Origin: Nitrospinales bacterium | GTDB lineage: Bacteria; Nitrospinota; Nitrospinia; Nitrospinales; JAJDAT01 | NCBI GenBank assembly: GCA_046757665.1 | Contig: JBHHYO010000067.1 | Location: 1 to 14,874 of the forward strand | Length of the DNA stretch: 14,874 nucleotides | Reading direction: 5' to 3' | Shown: positions 7,817 through 14,874 of the stretch, in pieces | Layout of the letters: every line of letters starts with the position of its first letter | How positions within the stretch are numbered: the first letter of the stretch is position 1 | The notes under the pieces: generated by a model | Databases searched by the model: none | What the model saw: the letters and a program-made list of their open reading frames with translations, nothing else | Told to the model about the DNA's origin: nothing | Program-made: the position numbers and the translations under genes

Positions 7817-8974
7817 CTATCGCACTTCCTTTATGAAGTCCAAAAGCCCAAGGACTTCCGTGTGTTCAGCCAAGGGGAAACGCTCCGTGCCGGGGTAAAT
7901 GATAAAATTGCGGCTGGCCCCTATATCCTGGCCGGCAAGTCTGTAGCCTTTTGTGAATTTGGGCGCGCGGGTTCTTTTGACCTCCACCGCCCATAGTTCC
8001 GGTCCCGGTCTTTCAAGAACAAGATCAATTTCATTGCCGGACGATGTTTTATAAAAATAAGCCTTGTTCCGGTTGAGGTCCATGGCGCTCAGGATATTTT
8101 CGATGACAAAACCTTCCCAGCTCATCCCCGCGACAGGATGTCCGAGAAGAGCTTCCTTATCCTCTATTCCCAATAAAGCATGAAGAAGACCGCTGTCCCT
8201 GATATAAACTTTCGGCGATTTAATCAGGCGCTTCCCTATATTTTTATGAAGAGGTTCCAACCGCCTGACAAGCAACAAGTCAACCATCAGGTCAAGATAA
8301 CGCATCACTGTTTTACCATCCACGCCCAGGGAAGCGGCAATGGTTGATGCGTTCAAAGGCGATCCTTGCAGGTGGGCCAACATGGTCCAGAAACGCCGTA
8401 ATGTTTCGGCGGGTATTCTGGGGCCAAGCTGTGGAATATCACGCTCCAGGTAGGTACGGATAAAGTTTTTGCGCCATACAAGGCTTTTTTTGTCATTCGT
8501 CGCCAGGAGACTTTTTGGAAATCCTCCCCTCACCCATAGTGTGTCTATGCTCTCTTGATACTCCGAAAACGTGATCGGGGAGAGTTCGCTGTAGGCAATT
8601 CTTCCGGCGAGTGTTTCTCCCGACTGTTTCAACAAATCAATCGAAGCGGAACCCAGGAATAAAAATTGACCGGCCTCGCGCCCTGCCCGCCTGTTTTTAT
8701 CAATCACGCCCCGCAGTTCCTGGAATAGATTTGGAATGCGTTGCACCTCATCAAGGATCACCAGCTTGTCGTTATGACTCTCAAAATAATATGCCGGATG
8801 AGCTATCCTTGCTCTGTCCTCTTCCGCTTCCAGGTCGAGATAAACGGAATCATAATTTTTAGACAATTCAATCGCCAGGGTTGTCTTGCCAACTTGACGC
8901 GGCCCCAACAGGGCCACGGCAGGGAAGGTGTCAATAAGCTCTTTCAGTTCCAGGAATTTATCGCGCCTTATCAT
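7817..8974 (-). CDS. AAA+ ATPase (AAA_14) with DUF4143 and PD-(D/E)xK-like C-terminus
   Basis: 385 aa. Walker A 'GPRQVGKTT', Walker B 'LVILDEVQ', 'LGSAS..L....ETLAGR', 'RGGFP', HTH-like 'IAASLGVDGKTVMRYLD', 'KSPKVYIRDSGL', and 'EIDLVLE...AVEVK'. Confidence 0.92.
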   Translation of the reverse strand: MIRRDKFLELKELIDTFPAVALLGPRQVGKTTLAIELSKNYDSVYLDLEAEEDRARIAHPAYYFESHNDKLVILDEVQRIPNLFQELRGVIDKNRRAGREAGQFLFLGSASIDLLKQSGETLAGRIAYSELSPITFSEYQESIDTLWVRGGFPKSLLATNDKKSLVWRKNFIRTYLERDIPQLGPRIPAETLRRFWTMLAHLQGSPLNASTIAASLGVDGKTVMRYLDLMVDLLLVRRLEPLHKNIGKRLIKSPKVYIRDSGLLHALLGIEDKEALLGHPVAGMSWEGFVIENILSAMDLNRNKAYFYKTSSGNEIDLVLERPGPELWAVEVKRTRAPKFTKGYRLAGQDIGASRNFIIYPGTERFPLAEHTEVLGLLDFIKEVR

Positions 8975-9013
8975 CCTTGTATATTAGGCAAATTACTCCG
9001 AAAATACAAGGAT
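8972..9013 (-). promoter_or_regulatory. Sigma70-type promoter, probably leaderless, overlapped by a 10-bp inverted repeat (putative operator)
   Basis: Minus strand reads TTGTAT (9009-9004), 17 bp, TAATAT (8986-8981), 6 bp, ATG (8974). Perfect inverted repeat ATCCTTGTAT (8973-8982) / ATACAAGGAT (9004-9013). Confidence 0.6.
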
Positions 9014-9021
9014 TATTTCGC

Positions 9022-9041
9022 TGTTGATGGAACCAGGAGGT
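9022..9041. repeat. Direct repeat, right copy, flanking the ATPase gene
   Basis: TGTTGATGGAACCAGGAGGT; the first 13 bp are identical to 7680-7692. Confidence 0.7.
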
Positions 9042-9071
9042 CGGTTTTTAACAGCCGCCGATGGGCGTGGA

Positions 9072-10931
9072 TTAGCGTGGATCATTTAGCCGGTACACAT
9101 GAACCGCATAGGGGCCGAAACGGTCTTGCAGGCCTTCTTCCGCTATGGGAACCGTGCGGTTCTCAAACAGGACATCGGCGTCTTTGCCCCGATTGGAAAA
9201 CCCGTTAAAAACCGCATCGACGGATCGGTCTATCACATTCACGGCGATAAGGTAGGCGCCATTTTTTATTGAGCCCTGTTTTTCGGGTACGGCCCTGGAA
9301 TTAATTTTCCTGATCGCATAATGAATGGCGGGGTTGCCATTGGCATCTTTTGCTCCGTTCGTATGCAGGGACAACTTTTCGCCCGAATCAGGTGTCGATA
9401 ACAGGGGATATATCTCCCGCAATTGCGACACGATGCGTTTGACATGGCTCCAGTTTTTAAAGTCCGGGTCGTTTCTGCGCGCCGCGCCGTATGAGAAAAA
9501 TATCACACCTCTTGCCCCATGGACAATGGATAAGTAAACCAGGCATCTCTTCTCCTCATAGGTGGGGAATCGGCCCTTTCCGCGAGCCAGCTCCTTTCCC
9601 AGGCGCTTGCTCTCCTGCGCCCAGTTGAATGCCTGAATGACAGCCCAGACCGGTTTTTTGTCTCTTACCGCCCGCCGGGCCTCATCAATGGAATCGCTCA
9701 ACCAGGTCATGGGCATATGCGGAATGGGGTAGGGATCGACCATGGCAACATCGACCGCGGGAGCATAATCGATTACCTTGCGAGAGCGGACATTGACCAG
9801 GGCGGTTGGATGGCCGGGATCGATCGAATGAATATAACGGCTCCATAACCACAATTTGGCGGGCGAAATCCCCCGGCCCTCCGGCTCGTCCGCTATGTAC
9901 CAGCCGTACAGCCCCGGCTCATCCTTGATTTCGTCAAGGAGTTTGGAGAGATTTTTGCTGGGGCGCAGTCCTGTTAACGTGCTCAAGGCTTTCAAACCGT
10001 GACTGCCGGCGGCCGCGACAAACTTTTTGATAAAATCCGGATTGGAATTATAATTTTGCGCCAGATTGAAACCGGCTTTTTTTAATTCGTCGAAAGCTTC
10101 GATTTTCGCGTCGTAGATTCCGATTGGGAAAAATTTGGCCTTGCCGTTTTGAGCGAACCGATTGGAACTTTTAACCGGTGATTTTAACGGCGCCTCCGCC
10201 GGTCTTGCCTCATCCGGCGGCGACTTCCTTGAAACGGTAAAAGATGAAACGTCTGAGGAAGCCAGCCGGCGCCGGTTGTGGTACAAAGACAGGCGCCAGT
10301 ACCAGTTGCCGTTTGCCAACGGTTGTTTTATTTTGTGGATATTGCCGGTTGGAGAAAAGGCGACAATTATTTTTCTATCGCGGAACTCCCTTTGCCGCGC
10401 CAGCTCGATGACGATCAGGAAGACCCTGTCGTCCTTTGGGATGGCCCATTTGAACTCGACGGGGCCGTCCTGAATCACGGTTCCGTCAAATGGAGCCATG
10501 GGAAAAATTTGAAGTTCCCGGAGGCTGACGTCATCGAACGTTATCTTGTCCGAGAGTCCTTTGCCGATGAACTGCAAGACGGTCCGATTTTTATTTCCTG
10601 ACTTTACGATATAGCTGACCCGGTGCCAGCCGCCCCAGGAAAACAGTTCATCCATGTATGTTGCCCTGTCGAAAATTTTAACATAAGGGTATTCCCCATC
10701 CTTCCAGCCCTCGCGTTTAACCCGGAACGACAACAGATAATACGCATTGGGCTTGATTCCCCGGACTTCGGTTGTCCACTCTCCCTCGCCCTTGATGGAG
10801 AGGGAGCCCACTCCGGGATTCTTGATGAGGTTTTCAAGGCGGGATGAATCGGCGTCTGCCTTGTCGTAAAGGGAGCCGTACAGACAAACCGCCGTTGCCA
10901 AAAAAACAAGGGTGCGTGATAAACGGGTCAT
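9072..10931 (-). CDS. Secreted glycoside-hydrolase-like protein (CBM-like + Ig/FN3-like + TIM barrel + beta-sandwich)
   Basis: 619 aa with an N-terminal signal-like segment. CBM-like 'NLIKNPG...YLLSFRVK...FDDVSLRE'. Ig-like 'PFDG...FKW...GNWYWRL'. Barrel motifs 'FFPIGIY', 'LKKAGFN', 'GWYIADEP', 'DPGHP', 'DPYP', 'SIVHGARGVIFFSY'. Confidence 0.65.
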   Translation of the reverse strand: MTRLSRTLVFLATAVCLYGSLYDKADADSSRLENLIKNPGVGSLSIKGEGEWTTEVRGIKPNAYYLLSFRVKREGWKDGEYPYVKIFDRATYMDELFSWGGWHRVSYIVKSGNKNRTVLQFIGKGLSDKITFDDVSLRELQIFPMAPFDGTVIQDGPVEFKWAIPKDDRVFLIVIELARQREFRDRKIIVAFSPTGNIHKIKQPLANGNWYWRLSLYHNRRRLASSDVSSFTVSRKSPPDEARPAEAPLKSPVKSSNRFAQNGKAKFFPIGIYDAKIEAFDELKKAGFNLAQNYNSNPDFIKKFVAAAGSHGLKALSTLTGLRPSKNLSKLLDEIKDEPGLYGWYIADEPEGRGISPAKLWLWSRYIHSIDPGHPTALVNVRSRKVIDYAPAVDVAMVDPYPIPHMPMTWLSDSIDEARRAVRDKKPVWAVIQAFNWAQESKRLGKELARGKGRFPTYEEKRCLVYLSIVHGARGVIFFSYGAARRNDPDFKNWSHVKRIVSQLREIYPLLSTPDSGEKLSLHTNGAKDANGNPAIHYAIRKINSRAVPEKQGSIKNGAYLIAVNVIDRSVDAVFNGFSNRGKDADVLFENRTVPIAEEGLQDRFGPYAVHVYRLNDPR

Positions 10932-10946
10932 TGGCCGGGTCTCTGG

Positions 10947-11672
10947 TTAATTGTATTTTCCCAGGAAATCGTTGAGGCGGATGCGGAACAGGTCGGACAG
11001 CATGTTCAGGGTGTCGCTGACGATCTTGACGCGCGATTGCAGGACGTTGTGCCATTCGACGGGCACCTCGATGATTTTGTATTCGGCTTTTTTGGCAAGA
11101 AACAAAAACTCCACGTCAAAGCAAAATCGTTCGATGGTCATTTTTGCAAAGACGGCATCGGCCGCCTCCTTGCGGAACATTTTGAATCCGCATTGCGTAT
11201 CGACGAACCCGTCAACCACCAGGAATCGGACGAGTTTGTTGAAAAATTTTCCCATGCCCTCGCGGTACCAGGCTTGATGCGTGACGACGTTGGAGTCCGG
11301 CAGGGAGCGCGAGCCGATGGCGACGTCATACCCTTGCTCGATGAAAGCATAAAGCTTGTCGAATTCGCCGATGGGCGTGGAGAGGTCGGCATCGGAAAAC
11401 AGCAGGATCGGCCCCTTGGCGACACGGGCTCCCTGGCGCACGGAGTAGCCCTTGCCCCGGTTTTGTCCGTTACGCACCACTTTGACCTGCGCGGGTTCGA
11501 AGAACTCGGCGGCGACGCCCGCGGTGTTGTCGGCGCTACCGTCATCGACGAGGATCACCTCCCAGGAGTCGCCGAGGCGTTGCGTTAAAAATTCGCGCAC
11601 CCGGGGCAGGGAGCGGGCCACGCGCACCTCCTCGTTATAAGCCGGAATAATGACCGATACAAATGGCGGCAT
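10947..11672 (-). CDS. Glycosyltransferase family 2, dolichyl/polyprenyl-phosphate beta-glucosyltransferase-like
   Basis: 241 aa. Motifs 'VSVIIPAYNEE', 'VDDGSAD', 'NRGKGYSVRQG', 'FSDADLSTP', 'AIGSR', 'DTQCGFKMF', 'FCFDVE', 'EVPVEW'. Confidence 0.92.
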   Translation of the reverse strand: MPPFVSVIIPAYNEEVRVARSLPRVREFLTQRLGDSWEVILVDDGSADNTAGVAAEFFEPAQVKVVRNGQNRGKGYSVRQGARVAKGPILLFSDADLSTPIGEFDKLYAFIEQGYDVAIGSRSLPDSNVVTHQAWYREGMGKFFNKLVRFLVVDGFVDTQCGFKMFRKEAADAVFAKMTIERFCFDVEFLFLAKKAEYKIIEVPVEWHNVLQSRVKIVSDTLNMLSDLFRIRLNDFLGKYN

Positions 11673-12406
11673 CAGCAGGGTGGGGGCGAAAAGCCGGCGC
11701 CTTTGGACTCGCCGCCGTCAACGAAAAGGATTTCCCCATTCACAAAGGGGCTGTCGAGCAGGTAGTCCAACGCTTTCAAAACGTCATCGACCGAACCGTG
11801 GCCGCCGGTGGGAATGGTTTTGGCGTGTCGGGCCAGGTAATCGTCCGTCTCTCCGGCGGGCGGCAGGATCAAGCCGGGGGCGATGCCGTTGACGCGGACG
11901 CCGTGCCCCCACTCCAGCGCCGCCAGATGGGTCAGGTGCGCCAGGCCCGCCTTGGATACCGAATAGGCGGCAAAGGTGGGAATGTTTTTCAAAATCCGCT
12001 GGTCGAGGATATTGACGATCATTCCCCGGCCGACGCGGCGCTTGTATTCGCGCATCAAAATGTAAGGGGTCATGAGGTTGATGTTAAGCGTATCGACAAG
12101 GGTTGCGTTTTTTGTATGCTCGATATCTTCCTGAACGAAATTGGCGGCGGAGTTAATCAGCAGTACGACGTCCGGAAAATCGGCGGTGACGGTTTCCATC
12201 AAGCTTTGCGCGCCGGACGGATTTTTAAAATCCCGCGGATAACCCCGGCACCGGACGCCATGGGCACGGACCTCGGCCATCGCTTCCTCGGCGGCGGCTG
12301 TCGAGGCATGGTAATGAATCGCGATATCGAAGCCGCTTTTTGCGAGGTGGCAGGCGAAAGCCCTGCCCAGCCGAACCGCCCCGCCGGTTACAATGGCCGC
12401 CGGCAT
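11672..12406 (-). CDS. SDR oxidoreductase, pteridine reductase / FolM-like
   Basis: 244 aa. 'TGGAVRLG' (TGxxxRxG pattern of pteridine reductases), 'IHYHAS', 'LINSAANF', 'IVNILD', catalytic 'YSVSK', 'VNGIAPG', 'VDGG'. Its stop overlaps the GT2 start (TGATG). Confidence 0.85.
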   Translation of the reverse strand: MPAAIVTGGAVRLGRAFACHLAKSGFDIAIHYHASTAAAEEAMAEVRAHGVRCRGYPRDFKNPSGAQSLMETVTADFPDVVLLINSAANFVQEDIEHTKNATLVDTLNINLMTPYILMREYKRRVGRGMIVNILDQRILKNIPTFAAYSVSKAGLAHLTHLAALEWGHGVRVNGIAPGLILPPAGETDDYLARHAKTIPTGGHGSVDDVLKALDYLLDSPFVNGEILFVDGGESKGAGFSPPPC

Positions 12407-12510
12407 GAAGGAAACCCGAAAAGTTGTGGATCAAGTAAACGCTATATTAAACGGCAAATCAGCGGCAAAATCCACCCCTTTCTAAAACGAGACCTGTGTG
12501 ATTGTTTGAT

Positions 12511-12590
12511 TGTCATTGCGAGGAGGCTCAGCCGACGAAGCAATCCAGAAGGTTGGATCGCCACGCCGCTGGTAGCGGCTCGCGATGACA
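12511..12590. repeat. REP-like palindrome (GTCATTGCGAG...GAAGCAATC type)
   Basis: Terminal inverted repeat TGTCATTGCGAG (12511-12522) / CTCGCGATGACA (12579-12590), 11/12 match. Inner arms CGAAGCAATCCA / TGGATCGCCACG. Small internal hairpin GCCGCT..AGCGGC. Confidence 0.75.
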
Positions 12591-12676
12591 CCGGGGCGAC
12601 GAACAAGAACCCTTCCCTTGAACCCTTCCGGCCGGATTGCTAGTATAGTAAAAAATAACCCTCGTGGAGATGCACT

Positions 12677-13195
12677 ATGGATGGCGCAAAAAGCAAAACG
12701 GTCAATATCGCGGTCATGACGGTGTCGGATACGCGGACGGAGGCGAACGACAAATCGGGCAACACGCTCGTGGAACGGCTCAAGGCCGCCGGCCACCATC
12801 TGGCGGACAAACGCATTGTCAAGGACGAGCTGGACGTTATCCAGGAAACCTTGAAAACCTGGATCGCCGACCCGGAAATCGACGTGGTTATCGCTACGGG
12901 CGGCACCGGCGTGACCGGACGGGATGTGACGCCGGAAGCTTTCGAGGGTTTGTATGACAAGCCCATCCCCGGGTTCGGCGAGCTGTTCCGCTGGCTCAGT
13001 TACCGGACCATCAAAACCTCCACCATCCAGTCGCGGGCCACGGGGGGCGTGGCCAACGGAACGATTTTGTTTGCCGTGCCGGGTTCGACGGGCGCCTGCC
13101 GCGATGCCTGGGACGAAATCATCGTCCATCAGTTGAACAGCAACAACAAACCCTGCAACCTCGTGGAACTGATGCCGCGCATGTTGGAACAGTAA
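12677..13195 (+). CDS. moaB: Molybdenum cofactor biosynthesis protein B
   Basis: 172 aa. Motifs 'IAVMTVSDTR....DKSG', 'TGGTGVTGRDVTPEA', 'IPGFGELFR', 'TIQSRA', 'PGSTGACRDAWD.I', 'PCNLVE'. GGAG ribosome-binding site at 12666-12669. Confidence 0.93.
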   Translation: MDGAKSKTVNIAVMTVSDTRTEANDKSGNTLVERLKAAGHHLADKRIVKDELDVIQETLKTWIADPEIDVVIATGGTGVTGRDVTPEAFEGLYDKPIPGFGELFRWLSYRTIKTSTIQSRATGGVANGTILFAVPGSTGACRDAWDEIIVHQLNSNNKPCNLVELMPRMLEQ

Positions 13196-13216
13196 GTTGA
13201 GGACACGCGGCTGACC

Positions 13217-14149
13217 ATGCGGCAATTCGAGTTTGAAATTGATGCGTCCCGGCAAAAAACTCGGCTGGACGTTTTTTTGTCCGAGGTGCAACCGGAATTC
13301 AGCCGGGCGTATCTGCAACGGCTGATCGAGGATCGGCACGTCGTGGTGAACGGCGGCGCAGTGCGGGCCGGCTACAGGCTCCGGGCGGGGGATTGTGTCG
13401 GGCTGAGCGTTCCGGACCCCGTGCCGCTGGCGGCGGCGGCGCCGGAAAACATTCCGCTGAACATCGTTTACGAGGACGAGGCACTGCTGGTGGTGGACAA
13501 ACCGGCGGGCATGGTGGTGCATCCCGCGCCCGGACATGCCGGCGGCACCCTGGTCAACGCTTTGTTGCACCATTGCTCCGGGTTGACGGGGATCGGCGGC
13601 GTGCAACGGCCCGGCATCGTCCACCGGCTGGACAAGGAGACCTCCGGCTTGGTGGTTGTGGCGAAAACCGACGCCGCCCTGCGTTCCCTGTCCGCCCAGT
13701 TCAAGGCACGCCGGATCGAAAAGGAGTATCTGGCTCTGGTGCGCGGGCGGGTAAAAAATTCTCGCGGCGCCATTCGCTCCTCCATTGGCAGGCACAAGGT
13801 GCATCGGAAAAAAATGTCCGCCGGTGGCGGCCGGGAAGCGCTGACCGGCTATGAGGTGGTGGAACGGTTTGAGGGATATTCGTACTTGCGGCTCTTCCCG
13901 AAAACGGGGCGGACCCATCAAATCCGGGTTCATCTGGCCTCAATCGGCCATCCGGTTCTGGGAGACAAGTTGTATGGCGGCAAGGCGTCTGCTGGGCTCC
14001 GGAAAATTTCCCGCCACGCCCTGCACGCCCGGCGGCTGACGTTGCTCCATCCGTCATCCTCCCGGCCCATGGTTTTTGATTCCCCCTTACCCGAGGATAT
14101 GGCTTTATTCCTTAAAAAATCGGGGGAAACCGCCGCGCCGCGCCTGTGA
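13217..14149 (+). CDS. rluD: RluA-family 23S rRNA pseudouridine synthase, RluD-like
   Basis: 310 aa. S4-like N-terminus 'RLDVFL...FSRA.LQRLI'. Motifs 'VDKPAGMVVHP', 'TLVNALL', catalytic 'RPGIVHRLDKETSG', 'TGRTHQIRVH', 'GDKLYG', 'ALHA'. GAGG ribosome-binding site upstream. Confidence 0.9.
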   Translation: MRQFEFEIDASRQKTRLDVFLSEVQPEFSRAYLQRLIEDRHVVVNGGAVRAGYRLRAGDCVGLSVPDPVPLAAAAPENIPLNIVYEDEALLVVDKPAGMVVHPAPGHAGGTLVNALLHHCSGLTGIGGVQRPGIVHRLDKETSGLVVVAKTDAALRSLSAQFKARRIEKEYLALVRGRVKNSRGAIRSSIGRHKVHRKKMSAGGGREALTGYEVVERFEGYSYLRLFPKTGRTHQIRVHLASIGHPVLGDKLYGGKASAGLRKISRHALHARRLTLLHPSSSRPMVFDSPLPEDMALFLKKSGETAAPRL

Positions 14150-14874
14150 AAAACATGTGGAAAACTCCCCCGGCATCCGGCAATGCCGATCGTGCGGTCC
14201 GCAAGCCATAAATCCATGGGGAAAATAAATTTTATTTAATGCCATAAAAATCAATTGATTAAATAAACTTCCCCGAATTCGCGGTCTTTCGCTAAAATTT
14301 TTGTTGACAATATTTTCTTTTCCACAATTTTCAAAACAGACCCGCGGCATGGAAAAATCAAGGCGGATTCGACTATCAAAAGTTTGACGGGTCTCTAAGG
14401 CGGTTTTCAGGGTCTCTTCGGTGTTTTTGTTGGATTTTGGTTCGCGGCATCCCGGCCGGCCCATAAGATCGGGGTTCAGCGAAAACCAAAAATTTGACGC
14501 CATGGATTCCTATGCGAAGTAAGTAAAATCCGGATTCGGACAGTTGCCCACACGGCAGGAGCAATGATTACAGGCGGTAGCCGGTCTATAGTCCGGCACG
14601 GCTTTTGTTTGCCGGGAAAAAGATGTCAAGGGCTTATTGCCGGCAATCGGGAACCCCGCCCGGCGTGGAGGCCAAAACGGATCGGTTGAGGCTGTTTTAA
14701 AAAAATGTTGGCAACCTGTGGAAAACCCGGTTGACATACGCGGATCTGGAGCAGGATTTTCTCGAATATCGGCCAGGCAAAATTTTAAAAAAAGAACCCT
14801 TTGTTTTATAAGTGGTTGTTAAAATGTTTTGGTATTCAGAAAACGGGGAGAAGTGCGTCGCGGTAATTTCTAAT
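14145..14874. promoter_or_regulatory. DnaA-box-rich non-coding region (candidate oriC or dnaA regulatory region)
   Basis: Four matches to TTWTNCACA or its reverse complement: 14145-14153, 14156-14164, 14318-14326, 14717-14725. Degenerate copies at 14217-14225, 14302-14310, 14706-14714. AT-rich tract at about 14221-14270. No credible ORF. Confidence 0.55.

Noticed and set aside
7679-7996. 105-aa plus-strand ORF and the AGGAGG sequences at 7700 and 9035
   Set aside because: The ORF is largely antisense to the ATPase gene. The SD-like hexamers are on the non-coding strand with no credible downstream ORF.
12425-12433. Isolated DnaA-box-like sequences (TGTGGATCA here; TGTGAAAAA at 51-59)
   Set aside because: Single, unclustered matches are compatible with chance.
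11663-12643. 326-aa plus-strand ORF
   Set aside because: Antisense shadow of the SDR gene.
12482-13933. 483-aa minus-strand ORF
   Set aside because: Antisense to the well-supported moaB and rluD genes and runs through a REP-like palindrome; no protein motifs.
14105-14822. Short ORFs in the terminal region (132, 62, 75, 61 aa)
   Set aside because: No family motifs or convincing ribosome-binding sites, mutually overlapping; the region is better explained as non-coding.

Overview
Bacterial chromosomal window with 10 well-supported protein-coding genes, two REP-like palindromes and a non-coding end. Left: a secreted FecR-domain protein with a long Ala/Thr-rich tail (231..2630, -) is divergent from a CHASE2 class III adenylate cyclase (2833..5085) and a small protein built from four MshEN-like motifs (5108..5467). 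Together these look like an envelope-sensing cyclic-nucleotide module. Middle: a minus-strand run of a pteridine-reductase-like SDR, a GT2 polyprenol-phosphate glycosyltransferase, a secreted glycoside-hydrolase-like protein and an O-antigen-ligase/TPR protein. An AAA_14/DUF4143 ATPase gene interrupts this run; it is flanked by a 13-bp direct repeat and has its own palindrome-covered, apparently leaderless promoter. Right: moaB, an rluD-like gene, then about 725 bp with clustered DnaA-box matches and an AT-rich tract (candidate oriC or dnaA control region). All calls come from reading motifs by eye; no database searches were run.
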